A model generated the notes under the pieces. It did no database searches, was not told the origin of the DNA, and saw nothing but the letters and a program-made list of their open reading frames with translations. From contig JANQFK010000022.1 in NCBI GenBank assembly GCA_028277885.1, positions 1,207 to 65,206 on the forward strand: a stretch of DNA of 64,000 bases, read 5' to 3'. Made by a program: the position numbers and the translations under genes. Shown in pieces: positions 19,801-28,519 of this stretch. The stretch's first letter is position 1; each line of letters opens with the position of its first letter. This stretch comes from Myxococcota bacterium. Its GTDB lineage: Bacteria; Myxococcota_A; UBA9160; UBA6930.

Positions 19801-20981
19801 GCGCCGACGCCATCGAGGAGGGGCCCGCCGTGGTGCGGCGCCGCGAGCAGTACGAGGGTGAGGAGGCCGAGCGTCTGGCTCCCTTCGCCTCCCTCGCCAT
19901 GCGCTCCCGCGGCCGCGTCGTGGACGAGCCGGAGCACCCCTACCGCACCGCCTTCCAGCGCGACCGCGACCGGATCGTCCACTCGCGGGCCTTCCGCCGC
20001 CTCGAGTACAAGACCCAGGTCTTCGTCTACCACGAGGGCGACCACTACCGCGACCGGCTGACCCACACCCTCGAGGCCAGCCAGATCGCCCGGACCGTGG
20101 CGCGCGCGCTGCGCGTGAACGAGGACCTCGCCGAGGCGGTCGCCCTGGCCCACGACCTCGGCCACACGCCCTTCGGCCACGCCGGCGAGCGCGTGCTCGA
20201 CGAGCTGCTCCGCGACGACGGCGGCTTCGACCACAACCGCCAGACCCTGCGCATCGTGGACTGGCTCGAGGAGCGCTCCCCGGGCTTCCGCGGGCTCAAC
20301 CTCACCTGGGAGACCCGCGAGGGGCTGCTCAAGCACGGCTGCCGCTGGGAGCACCCGGTGCCGGTGCCGCCCGCCACGCCCCAGTCCAGCCTCGAGGCCC
20401 AGATCGCCGACGCCTGCGACGAGATCGCCTACACGAACCACGACCTCGACGACGGGCTGCGCTCGGGCCTGCTCGACCTCGAGCGCCTCGAGGCGGTGCC
20501 GCTGTGGCGCGACGCACGGCGTGGCGCCGAGCGGCGCGCGGGGCCGGCGCGGGAGCGGGTGCTGCGCGCCCAGACCATCGTGAGCCTGATCAACGCCCTG
20601 GTGACGGACCTCGTGGAGACCACGGCGAGCCGGCTCGAGAAGGCCGACCTCGCCGACGCCGACGCCCTGCGCCAGAGCGACGAGCGCCTGCTCGGCTTCT
20701 CGGAGCCCATGGCGGCGGCGAAGGCCGAGCTCAAGGCCTTCCTCCACGAGCACCTCTACCACCACCCCCGGGTGGTGCGCATGACGCGCAAGGGCGAGCG
20801 GGTGCTGGCGGACCTGTATCGCGTCTACCGCGAGGACCCGCGCCTGCTCCCGGAGCACGTGCGCGAGCGCTTCGCCGAGGACGGCGAGGCGCGCGCGACG
20901 GCGGACTACGTGGCCGGCATGACGGACCGCTTCGCCCTGGTGGAACACCGCAAGCTGCTGGACGTGCATGAGCCCGCCTGA
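19797..20981 (+). CDS. dgt: Deoxyguanosinetriphosphate triphosphohydrolase (HD family)
   Basis: FQRDRDRIVHSRAFRRLEYKTQV, RLTHTLE, AHDLGHTPFGHAGE, DYVAGMTD. Confidence 0.95.
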   Translation: MSADAIEEGPAVVRRREQYEGEEAERLAPFASLAMRSRGRVVDEPEHPYRTAFQRDRDRIVHSRAFRRLEYKTQVFVYHEGDHYRDRLTHTLEASQIARTVARALRVNEDLAEAVALAHDLGHTPFGHAGERVLDELLRDDGGFDHNRQTLRIVDWLEERSPGFRGLNLTWETREGLLKHGCRWEHPVPVPPATPQSSLEAQIADACDEIAYTNHDLDDGLRSGLLDLERLEAVPLWRDARRGAERRAGPARERVLRAQTIVSLINALVTDLVETTASRLEKADLADADALRQSDERLLGFSEPMAAAKAELKAFLHEHLYHHPRVVRMTRKGERVLADLYRVYREDPRLLPEHVRERFAEDGEARATADYVAGMTDRFALVEHRKLLDVHEPA

Positions 20982-21309
20982 GCCGCGGGCCGAGGACGTC
21001 GAGGTCGCGCTGGTGACCGCGCCCGACGCCGAGACCGGCGAGCGCATCGCCCGTGCCCTGGTGGAGGAGCGCCTCGCCGCCTGCGTGAACCTGGTGCCCG
21101 GGCTGCGCTCGATCTATCGCTGGGAGGGCGCCGTCGAGAGCGCGGAGGAGGTGCTGCTCGTGGTGAAGACCCGCGCCGATCGCGCCGAACGGCTTGAGGA
21201 GCGGCTGCTGGCGCTGCACCCCTACGACGTCCCCGAGCTGCTGCGCATCCCGACCCGCGGCGGGCACGCCGCCTACCTGCGCTGGGTGCTGGCGGAGACC
21301 GGCTCGTGA
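20968..21309 (+). CDS. cutA: Divalent-cation tolerance protein CutA
   Basis: LVEERLAACVN, SIYRWEG, HPYDVPE. Confidence 0.95.
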   Translation: MSPPEPRAEDVEVALVTAPDAETGERIARALVEERLAACVNLVPGLRSIYRWEGAVESAEEVLLVVKTRADRAERLEERLLALHPYDVPELLRIPTRGGHAAYLRWVLAETGS

Positions 21310-22511
21310 GCCTCGCCGACGCCCTGGAGCGGGCCGCCGGGGAGCTCCCCGGCGAGGCCGATGCGATCCGCCCCGCGAACGGCGACCCGGTGCGCCTGCT
21401 CGAGAGCCTCGACGCCGGCGCGGCGGGCCGTGTGCTGGGCTGGCTGCTGGCCCACGAGGCCGACGCTGCCGAGGAGCTGGTCGAGGCCTGGCTCGAGCAC
21501 GACGCCGGCCTCGCGGCCCTCGGCGCCCTCGACGAGGGCGGCCTGCCCAAGGCCGGCCGCAAGCTGCTGCGCCGCGCCCGCCACCGGCTGCGCTCCCGCG
21601 GTGTGGCGCTGCCCGAGGCCTCGCCCGAGGAGCGCGTCGCCAAGCTGCCCGAGGTCGACGACGCCATCGAGGCGGCGCTCGTCACCGCCCTCGACCCCTC
21701 GGGCGCGCGCCTCGTCTACCGCGTCGAGCCCGATCCCTCGGGCGGCGCGCGGCTGTTCGAGGTGGCGATCGACGACCGCCGCGGGGTGCTCGACGCGAGC
21801 CTCTACAGCGCCAGCCGCAGCCGGGTGCGCGCGTTCCTGCGCGAGGTGACGGGACGCTCGGGCCTGGTCGCCATCGAGGTGCCCGGCGACGCGCTGCGCG
21901 CGCTGCTGGCCCGGGCGGCGGCGCGCCACCCCGCGGACCGGCGGCTGCCGGGCGACTTCGGCGACTGGAAGGGGCGCCTCACCGCCGGCGGCGAGGAGGC
22001 CGCGACGCCCGGGCAGATCGTCGCCGAGGCCCTGGGCGAGGAGCTCGAGCCGACGCGCCTGCGGGAGGTCGCCGAGCGGGTGAGGGCGGGGGCGCTCGGG
22101 CCGTGGCCCGAGCCCGCCGAGGTGCTGCGGCCGGTGGCCGATCGCATCCGCGAGCGCGCCGAGAGCCCGGTGCTGGTGAACGCCCAGCAGCGCCGCGAGC
22201 AGGCCGAGGCCGCGCTGGTCGAGGCGCTCGACGAGGTCTACGCGGGGGAGGCGGCGGCGGTGGCGGCGGAGCGCTTCCGGGAGTGCGCCTACGTGCTCTG
22301 GCGGCGAGACGAGGAGGCCGCCGCGCGCGACTGCCTGGCCGCCGCGGCGAGCTTCGCCAAGCTGCCCGCGGCCGAGAACCCGGTGGCGCGTGCGCTGCTC
22401 GAGGTGGCGCTCGGCCCGTTGTTCGAATCCATCGATCGGGACGCGCCCTCGGCGTCGGACGAGGCCGACGAGGCCGAGCCCGAGGGCTCCCCGATCCTGA
22501 CCAAACCCTGA
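21306..22511 (+). CDS. Hypothetical protein (mostly helical, 401 aa)
   Basis: GTGA overlap with cutA and genome-typical codon usage; no recognisable motif. Confidence 0.8.
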   Translation: MSLADALERAAGELPGEADAIRPANGDPVRLLESLDAGAAGRVLGWLLAHEADAAEELVEAWLEHDAGLAALGALDEGGLPKAGRKLLRRARHRLRSRGVALPEASPEERVAKLPEVDDAIEAALVTALDPSGARLVYRVEPDPSGGARLFEVAIDDRRGVLDASLYSASRSRVRAFLREVTGRSGLVAIEVPGDALRALLARAAARHPADRRLPGDFGDWKGRLTAGGEEAATPGQIVAEALGEELEPTRLREVAERVRAGALGPWPEPAEVLRPVADRIRERAESPVLVNAQQRREQAEAALVEALDEVYAGEAAAVAAERFRECAYVLWRRDEEAAARDCLAAAASFAKLPAAENPVARALLEVALGPLFESIDRDAPSASDEADEAEPEGSPILTKP

Positions 22512-22520
22512 GGAGGGACG

Positions 22521-22880
22521 ATGCTGCTCGGTCAGGGACGCTACTGGCAGGCCTCGGTGCGCAAGGGCAGCGAGGCGGTCGTGCTGGGGCTGCTTCGCGA
22601 CGGCCTGCCCGAGGATCTCCAGGAGCTGCGGGACCTGCAGATCGAGGTGCCGTTTCCGCGCTGGAACGGGGTGCTGAAGCACGCTCGCTCGGACCGCAAG
22701 CTGCTCGGGGGCATGCTGCTCGACTACGTGCGCAACAAGGCGGCCGGGGACCAGCTCGCCGGAGCCCTCGCCGACGACCGCCTCTACGGCGAGCTGCGCC
22801 GCGTGGTGGTCGACACCAGCGCCGCCCTGGTGGAGGAGGGCCTGCTGGCCCTCTCGCCCCCCGACGTCCCGGACTCCTGA
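22521..22880 (+). CDS. Hypothetical protein (119 aa)
   Basis: Strong RBS GAGGAGG, ATG 9 nt after the upstream stop, typical codon usage. Confidence 0.8.
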   Translation: MLLGQGRYWQASVRKGSEAVVLGLLRDGLPEDLQELRDLQIEVPFPRWNGVLKHARSDRKLLGGMLLDYVRNKAAGDQLAGALADDRLYGELRRVVVDTSAALVEEGLLALSPPDVPDS

Positions 22881-22902
22881 CCCGCGGCCCCGGGCCCCGG
22901 CC

Positions 22903-23101
22903 GAGGCCCGGCGCTCGGACCCCCAGCCGGGCCGCCTCGAGGCCCGGCGCCCAGGCCCCGAGCCGGGCCGCCTCGAGGCCCGGCGCCCAGACCCCGAGCC
23001 GGGCCGCCTCGAGGCCCGGCGTTCAGACCCCGAGCCGGGCCGCCTCGAGGCCCGGCGTTCAGACCCCGAGCCGGGCCGCCTTGAGGCCCGGCGTTCAGAC
23101 C
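22903..23101. repeat. Intergenic tandem repeat, 36-bp unit x about 5.5, each unit with an internal inverted repeat
   Basis: Units GAGGCCCGGCG(T/C)(T/C)CAGACCCCGAGCCGGGCCGCCTC start at 22903, 22939, 22975, 23011, 23047 and 23083 (partial). Confidence 0.95.
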
Positions 23102-23188
23102 GTTAGGTAAGAGGGCTCATCTCGACGCCGCCCGCCGAGCTCCCCGGCCGGCCCTTCCCGGCCACCGGCCGGATGGAGGAAACCCCCC

Positions 23189-26008
23189 ATGCGAGGACGC
23201 TTCGGCCGCCGCCGCACGCGCGGCTCCAAGCCCGAAGGCGCCGCCATCGAGGCCCACTGGCTCGACCGCATCCGGGAGGCCGGGCTGGTGCCCGTGCCGG
23301 CCCTCGAGCCCCTCTCCATCGACGACGTTCCCGACTCCTTCGCGCTGGTCGCCCGGGGCAGCGCCGAGGACGGCACGGCCTGGCTGGTGACGTTCTCGCC
23401 GACCTCGGGCGGCGATGCGCTGCTGGCCGGGGTGGCGGCGGTGACGCGCCTGGCCCGGGACGAGGCCTTCGGCGGCCGGGCGGTCGCGGTCTCGCCGGTG
23501 TGGCGCGCCGCCGACCGGCGGCGCCTCGCCGCCCTGGCCGCGCTCCCCGTCGGGCTGCGGGCCCTGCCCCTGGCCGGCGACGGCGAGCCCGGAGTCGAGC
23601 CCGAGAGCGCGGCCCCGAGCCTCGTGCCCGTGGAGCGGGTGGGGGCCCAGCTCCCGGCCCCCGCGGATCGCGACGTCTTCGAGCGGGCCCTGGAGGGCCT
23701 GCGGGGCCTCGCGGCCAAGCACGGGGGTGCGGTGCGCGGCGCCGGCCGCTCCGCGGAGCTGGCGATCCTGGCGCGCCGCGTGGCCGCGCTGCACGCCGAC
23801 GAGGGCCCCCGCCTCGAGACCTTCCTGCCCACGCGCTCGAGCGTCCGGCTCGACGAGGCGAACCTCTCGGAGGCTCTGGATCGACTCGAGGGGTACGTCC
23901 GCAAGCGCCTGAACGAGCGAAGGGTTCGCGATGGCGAGGAGGGCCTGCGCGGACGCGCGCTGCCCGGCCTGCGCCGGGCCGCCGAGCTGCGCTTCGCCGA
24001 GCCCTGGCCCATGGGCGGTGCCGATCTCGACTGCCTCGATCTGGCCGGCGTGGCGGCCGACGGCACCCCCGTTGTGGGGGCGATCCGCGAGCGCCTCGAT
24101 CTCGCGGCCCTCGGCGAGATCCTGGACGGCGTGCTCGCGCTGGACGGCGTGCTGCCGGCGCTGCTGGCCCGGGCCGAGCCGCCGGTCCGCATCCTGCGCC
24201 CGCAGCTGCTGCTGGCCGCCCGGGAGACCGCGGCCTCGGTCGACGATGCGCTCTCGGGGCTCGCCCTCGACGCCTCGCTCTTCGATCTGCGCGAGGCCGC
24301 GGGCGCCCTCGAGCTGGTGGCGCGGGGCAGCCGCGGCGCCGGCGTGGCGGCCGCCGTGGTGCCGGCCGTCGAGGCGCCGGCGGCCTCGGGCCGCCGCGAG
24401 TCCGGCGGCGAGGCGCGCGCGGCTCGCGGCGAGCGCGGCCGCGGTCGCGGCCGGGAGCGAGCCGCTCCCGACGAGGGGGCCGTGGGCGGCGAGGAGGGCG
24501 AGCGCCGCGAGCGTGACGGTCGGCGCGGCAGCCGGGGCGGCCGCCGGCGTCGCGGCCGGGGCCGGGGCCGCGGCACCGCGGCGGCGGTCGCCGCCGAGGA
24601 CGTGGACGGGCCGGCGGAGTCGGGCTTCGAGGAGGTCTCCCTCTTCGACCTCGCCGACGAGGGCGGTGGCGACGCCGAGGAGAGCCGGGGCGACGACGCG
24701 CCGCGCGGCCGCAGTCGGCGCCGCGGCCGGCGCCGCGGCCGCCGCAGCGGCGAGGCCTCCAGCGAGGCGCGCAGCGAAGGCGCTCCAGAGGGCCGCGACG
24801 ATCTCGAGGACGGGGACGAGCTTCCCGCCCTCGCGCCCGAGGCCCCGGAGCTCGAGGAGGACGTCGAGTCCTCCTACGACGCCGAGGAGCTCCAGGAGGA
24901 GCCCCTCACCGCCGCCGAGCGCATCCGCCTGGAGCGCGAGCGGCGCCGGCTCGCCCGGGTCGCGAAGACGGGCCCCGACACGCCGGAGCCGCCCGAGGCG
25001 CCGGAAGGGGAGGTGGAGCCCGAGGAGGTCGAGCTGCGCCTGCCCCGGGGCCGCGCCGCGATCCTGGCCCTCGCCGACCGCGAGTCCATCGCCGCCGCGG
25101 TGCTGCTCGCCCGCGAGGTGCGCAACATCGAGGGCCTCTGGGTCTACCCCCAGGAGGAGCTGATGACCTTCTTCCGCAGCGTCTGCACCGACCTGCGGGA
25201 GAACACGCCGATCTACGTGGTGGGCTTCGTGGCGCGGCCGGCGCGCGACGCCCTCCAGGCGGCGGCGCTCTACCGCGATCGCCTGGTCTGGTTCGACCAC
25301 CACGACTGGCCGCCCGAGGACCTGGGCGCACTGCGCGACGCCATCGGCGAGCCCATGGTGCACGTGGTGGAGGGCTGCGGCAGCTCGCTGCCCCTCGCCC
25401 TCGCCCAGTGCACGCGGCGCAGCCGCTTCACCGACAAGCTGGTGGACCTCGTCACCGGCCGCTTCACGCAGCACGACTTCGAGCGCTGGGGCCGGCTGTG
25501 GTGGTCGCGGCTGGGCGCGATGGCGGAGCGGCCCGGGGACCACCGCGCCGACGTCGAGATGCTGCTCGCCGGACGGCCCTCGGACCTCGCCAAGGAGGCG
25601 GCGCGCCTGCCGGCACCGCCGCCCCCCGACGAGGTCGCCTGGGTGGCCGAGCGCGACTTCCGCCTGGTGCACTTCGGCGGGTTCGTGCTGGTGGTGGCCG
25701 ACGTTCCCGGCCACCTGAGCCTCAACCTGGTCTCCCGGGTGATGCGCGAGCGCTACGGCGCGGCCATCAGCCTGGCGCGCAGCGAGGGCGGCGACGTCTT
25801 CGTGCTGGGCGCCGACGAGGTGACGGGCCGGCGCGCCATCGACGCGGGCGCCATGGTGGACCACCTGGACGCGAAGTTCGCCTGGGTGGAGGCGCTGCCC
25901 CAGGCCGACCACGTGGCGCGCTTCCGCGCCGACGTCGCGGAAGCGCCGGAGCGCCTCGACGAGCTGGTCTCGGAGATCGCCATGGGGCGCTCGATCCTCG
26001 AAGGCTGA
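23189..26008 (+). CDS. Large hypothetical protein: N-terminal domain(s), R/G/E-rich disordered linker, degenerate DHH/DHHA1-like C-terminus
   Basis: RBS GGAGGA; LVWFDHHDW motif; central RRGSRGGRRRRGRGRGRG plus acidic tracts; stop 2 nt before queE. Confidence 0.8.
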   Translation: MRGRFGRRRTRGSKPEGAAIEAHWLDRIREAGLVPVPALEPLSIDDVPDSFALVARGSAEDGTAWLVTFSPTSGGDALLAGVAAVTRLARDEAFGGRAVAVSPVWRAADRRRLAALAALPVGLRALPLAGDGEPGVEPESAAPSLVPVERVGAQLPAPADRDVFERALEGLRGLAAKHGGAVRGAGRSAELAILARRVAALHADEGPRLETFLPTRSSVRLDEANLSEALDRLEGYVRKRLNERRVRDGEEGLRGRALPGLRRAAELRFAEPWPMGGADLDCLDLAGVAADGTPVVGAIRERLDLAALGEILDGVLALDGVLPALLARAEPPVRILRPQLLLAARETAASVDDALSGLALDASLFDLREAAGALELVARGSRGAGVAAAVVPAVEAPAASGRRESGGEARAARGERGRGRGRERAAPDEGAVGGEEGERRERDGRRGSRGGRRRRGRGRGRGTAAAVAAEDVDGPAESGFEEVSLFDLADEGGGDAEESRGDDAPRGRSRRRGRRRGRRSGEASSEARSEGAPEGRDDLEDGDELPALAPEAPELEEDVESSYDAEELQEEPLTAAERIRLERERRRLARVAKTGPDTPEPPEAPEGEVEPEEVELRLPRGRAAILALADRESIAAAVLLAREVRNIEGLWVYPQEELMTFFRSVCTDLRENTPIYVVGFVARPARDALQAAALYRDRLVWFDHHDWPPEDLGALRDAIGEPMVHVVEGCGSSLPLALAQCTRRSRFTDKLVDLVTGRFTQHDFERWGRLWWSRLGAMAERPGDHRADVEMLLAGRPSDLAKEAARLPAPPPPDEVAWVAERDFRLVHFGGFVLVVADVPGHLSLNLVSRVMRERYGAAISLARSEGGDVFVLGADEVTGRRAIDAGAMVDHLDAKFAWVEALPQADHVARFRADVAEAPERLDELVSEIAMGRSILEG

Positions 26009-26010
26009 GC

Positions 26011-26787
26011 ATGGCCGCGGTGAACGCCGTCGAGATCTTCTCCTCGGTGCAGGGGGAGGGGCCCGACGTCGGTCGCAGCACGCTCTTCGTGCGTTTCGGC
26101 GGCTGCGACCTGCGCTGCCGCTGGTGCGACTCCCCCCACACCTGGCAGCCCGCCGCCAGCTGCCGGGTGGAGACCGCCCGCGGCACCGGGAGCTTCCGCA
26201 CCCTCGACAACCCGCTCGCCCTCGACACCGTGGTGGAGTGCGCGAAGGCGCTCGACGCGCCGGCCCACGCCATGCTGGCCCTCACCGGCGGCGAGCCCCT
26301 GCTGCAGCCCGAGGCGGCCGCCGGCCTGGCCCGCGCCCTCGGCGCGCTGGGCCCCGAGGTGCTGCTCGAGACCCACGGCGTCGCCCACGAGGCGCTGCCC
26401 GAGGTGCTGCCCCACGTGGACGTCGTCTCCATGGACTGGAAGCTCGCCGGCGAGGTACGCCGAGCCTCGGACCCGGCGCGCGGCGCCGTCGCGCCCTTCG
26501 ACGACGACCACGAGCGCTTCCTCGGCGTGGCGCGCGCGGCGCCCCGGGTGGTGGTGAAGATCGTCGTGACGCCCGCGAGCGCGGACGCGGAGATCGACGA
26601 GGCGGTGGGGCGCATCGCGCGCGTGGCCCCGGCCGCCGTGCTCGTCCTCCAGCCGGTCACCCCGCGCGGTCCGGTGACCGAGCGGCCCGACGCCGCGCGG
26701 ATGCTCGGCCTGGCGGCGCGCGCCGGCCAGCGCCTGGCCGACGTGCGCGTGATCCCCCAGACCCATCCGGTCTGGGGTGCGCTCTAG
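26011..26787 (+). CDS. queE: 7-carboxy-7-deazaguanine synthase QueE (radical SAM)
   Basis: EIFSSVQGEG, FVRFGGCDLRCRWCDS, TGGEPLLQ, VIPQTH. Confidence 0.93.
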   Translation: MAAVNAVEIFSSVQGEGPDVGRSTLFVRFGGCDLRCRWCDSPHTWQPAASCRVETARGTGSFRTLDNPLALDTVVECAKALDAPAHAMLALTGGEPLLQPEAAAGLARALGALGPEVLLETHGVAHEALPEVLPHVDVVSMDWKLAGEVRRASDPARGAVAPFDDDHERFLGVARAAPRVVVKIVVTPASADAEIDEAVGRIARVAPAAVLVLQPVTPRGPVTERPDAARMLGLAARAGQRLADVRVIPQTHPVWGAL

Positions 26788-27371
26788 CGGACGCGTGCGC
26801 CGCCCTCGCGCCCTCCGCCCTGCGGCTGGGCCGCCGCGGCGTCGGACTCCAGCAGCAGGCGGACCGCCGTCGCCAGGTCCGGAGCCGCACCGGCCTCGCC
26901 GTGGAGCTCCGGGGCGCGCGGGGCCGCGCCGGGCACGAGGTGGACGGCGCCGCGCAGTCCGGCGCGGCGCGCCAGCTCGAGGTCGAGCTCGCCGTCGCCG
27001 ATCATCCAGCTCGCCCGCAGCTCGGCGCCCAGCTCGTCGCGAGCGCGCACCAGCATGCCCGGCTCGGGCTTGCGGCACGGGCAGCCCGCCTCGGGGCGGT
27101 GGGGGCAGTGGTAGGTGCGCTCGATGGCGACCCCCGCAGCCTCGAGGTCCGCCAGCAGGAGGTGCTGGAAGCGCTCGAAGTCCGCCTCGCCGAACAGGCC
27201 GCGGCCGATCCCGCTCTGGTTGGTCACGATGGCGAGGCGGAAGCCGGCCTTGCCCAGGCGCCGCAGGGCACCCGGGACCCCGGCGAGGAGCGCGTAGTCC
27301 TCGGGGCGGTGGGGGTAGCCGGTGTCGCGCACCAGCGTGCCGTCGCGGTCGAGGAACACGAAGCGGCTCAC
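26784..27371 (-). CDS. gmhB: D-glycero-D-manno-heptose-1,7-bisphosphate phosphatase (HAD IIIA)
   Basis: FLDRDGT, VTNQSGIGRG, CPH...CPCRKP, MIGD. Confidence 0.9.
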   Translation of the reverse strand: MSRFVFLDRDGTLVRDTGYPHRPEDYALLAGVPGALRRLGKAGFRLAIVTNQSGIGRGLFGEADFERFQHLLLADLEAAGVAIERTYHCPHRPEAGCPCRKPEPGMLVRARDELGAELRASWMIGDGELDLELARRAGLRGAVHLVPGAAPRAPELHGEAGAAPDLATAVRLLLESDAAAAQPQGGGREGGARVR

Positions 27372-27448
27372 GCGCGCAAGCTAGCAGGGGCTCCCCTGCG
27401 TGGCCGAGAAACCACTCGAGATCCGAGGCCCCAACGCTCCGAGGTGGT

Positions 27449-28519
27449 TCAGGAATCCGGGTCCTTCGGTGAGGCGCAGATTCCGAGCAGGGCGCAGCGC
27501 GGCTCGGGCGCCTCGGCGGCCTCGCGGGCGGCGGCGAGCAGCTCCGTCAGGTCCCCGTCGAGCTCGGCGAGGCGCTGCGCGTAGGCGGGGAGGTCCGACT
27601 GGTAGGCACCCACCAGGGCCTGGCAGGCGTCGTTGAGCCGCACCGCGGCGGCCAGCTTCGCCGCGTCCCGGGAGCCGAGGGGCAGGGCGGCGAGGCGCTC
27701 GCGGGTCTCGGCCTCGAGGCCGGCGCGGCGCCGGTCGCGCTCGGGCCCCGCGGCAAACTCGGCGTAGAGGTCCGCCACCGCGCCGCGGAAGCGCGCCAGG
27801 TCGTCGGCGATGCGGCGGTCGTCGGCGACCCGTGCGCGCTCGCGGCGGGCGTCCTCGCCGTCGGGCCCCGAGGCCGCCTCCCAGAAGCGGATCGCCGCCT
27901 CCTCGCCCACGAAGGTGGCGAGGCCCTCGTTGAAGTCGGCGTCGCCGGCCACGAAGACCGTGGCGTGGGTGAGCTCGTGGAGCAGCACCTCAACCAGGAG
28001 ACCGTCCTCGAGGCGCAGCAGCGGCGTGGTGAGGGGATCGTCGAACCAGCCCAGGGTCGAGTAGGCGCGCACCGGGGAGACGCAGGTGTCGAGGCCGCTC
28101 GCCGCCAGGCGCTCCGCCTCGGCCCGGGCGCGGTCCGGGTCGAAGAAGCCCTTGTAGGGCAGGCGGCCCACCACCGGGAACCAGAAGCCGGCCGGCTCGA
28201 TCTCGCCCGGGCGGGTCCCCACCACGGTGGTCACCACGGCCTCGCCCGGCACCTCGACCAAGCTCGTATACTGCCCGTCCACGTCGAGGCCGAGCTCCGC
28301 CCCGAAGCCGCGCACCCGCTCCACCAGCTCCAGGCGCGCGCGCAGCGGGGCGGGGGTGGCGGCGTCCTCGAGCAGGCGCGCCACGGGCTGCCGGCCCCAG
28401 AGCAGGCGCATCTGGCCGCCGGCCACGTGGGCGAGGTAGCAGCCCTGCGCCGGCGCGAGGGCGAGGAGGAGGGCCAGGGTGAAGGCGCGCTTCGTTCGCC
28501 TCGCGGTGGCCGCCGCCAC
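27449..28519 (-). CDS. Putative zinc aminopeptidase lipoprotein (DUF2265-like)
   Basis: AQGC lipobox, FPVVGRLPYKGFF, AYSTLGWFDDP, HELTH...FNEGLA. Start placed at GTG 28519 (uncertain). Confidence 0.85.
   Translation of the reverse strand: MAAATARRTKRAFTLALLLALAPAQGCYLAHVAGGQMRLLWGRQPVARLLEDAATPAPLRARLELVERVRGFGAELGLDVDGQYTSLVEVPGEAVVTTVVGTRPGEIEPAGFWFPVVGRLPYKGFFDPDRARAEAERLAASGLDTCVSPVRAYSTLGWFDDPLTTPLLRLEDGLLVEVLLHELTHATVFVAGDADFNEGLATFVGEEAAIRFWEAASGPDGEDARRERARVADDRRIADDLARFRGAVADLYAEFAAGPERDRRRAGLEAETRERLAALPLGSRDAAKLAAAVRLNDACQALVGAYQSDLPAYAQRLAELDGDLTELLAAAREAAEAPEPRCALLGICASPKDPDS

Noticed and set aside
19797-20981. dGTPase plus dCMP deaminase as a dNTP-depletion antiphage pair
   Set aside because: This dgt looks like the short housekeeping type, the two genes are about 10 kb apart, and no defence-island genes surround them.
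22903-23101. CRISPR array (36-bp periodic palindromic repeats)
   Set aside because: Units are contiguous with no unique spacers, and there are no cas genes in the window.
21194-23110. 638-aa ORF ending in (RPGxQTPSRAAS)n peptide repeats
   Set aside because: Shadow frame over three better-supported genes; the peptide repeat only reflects the 36-bp DNA repeat.
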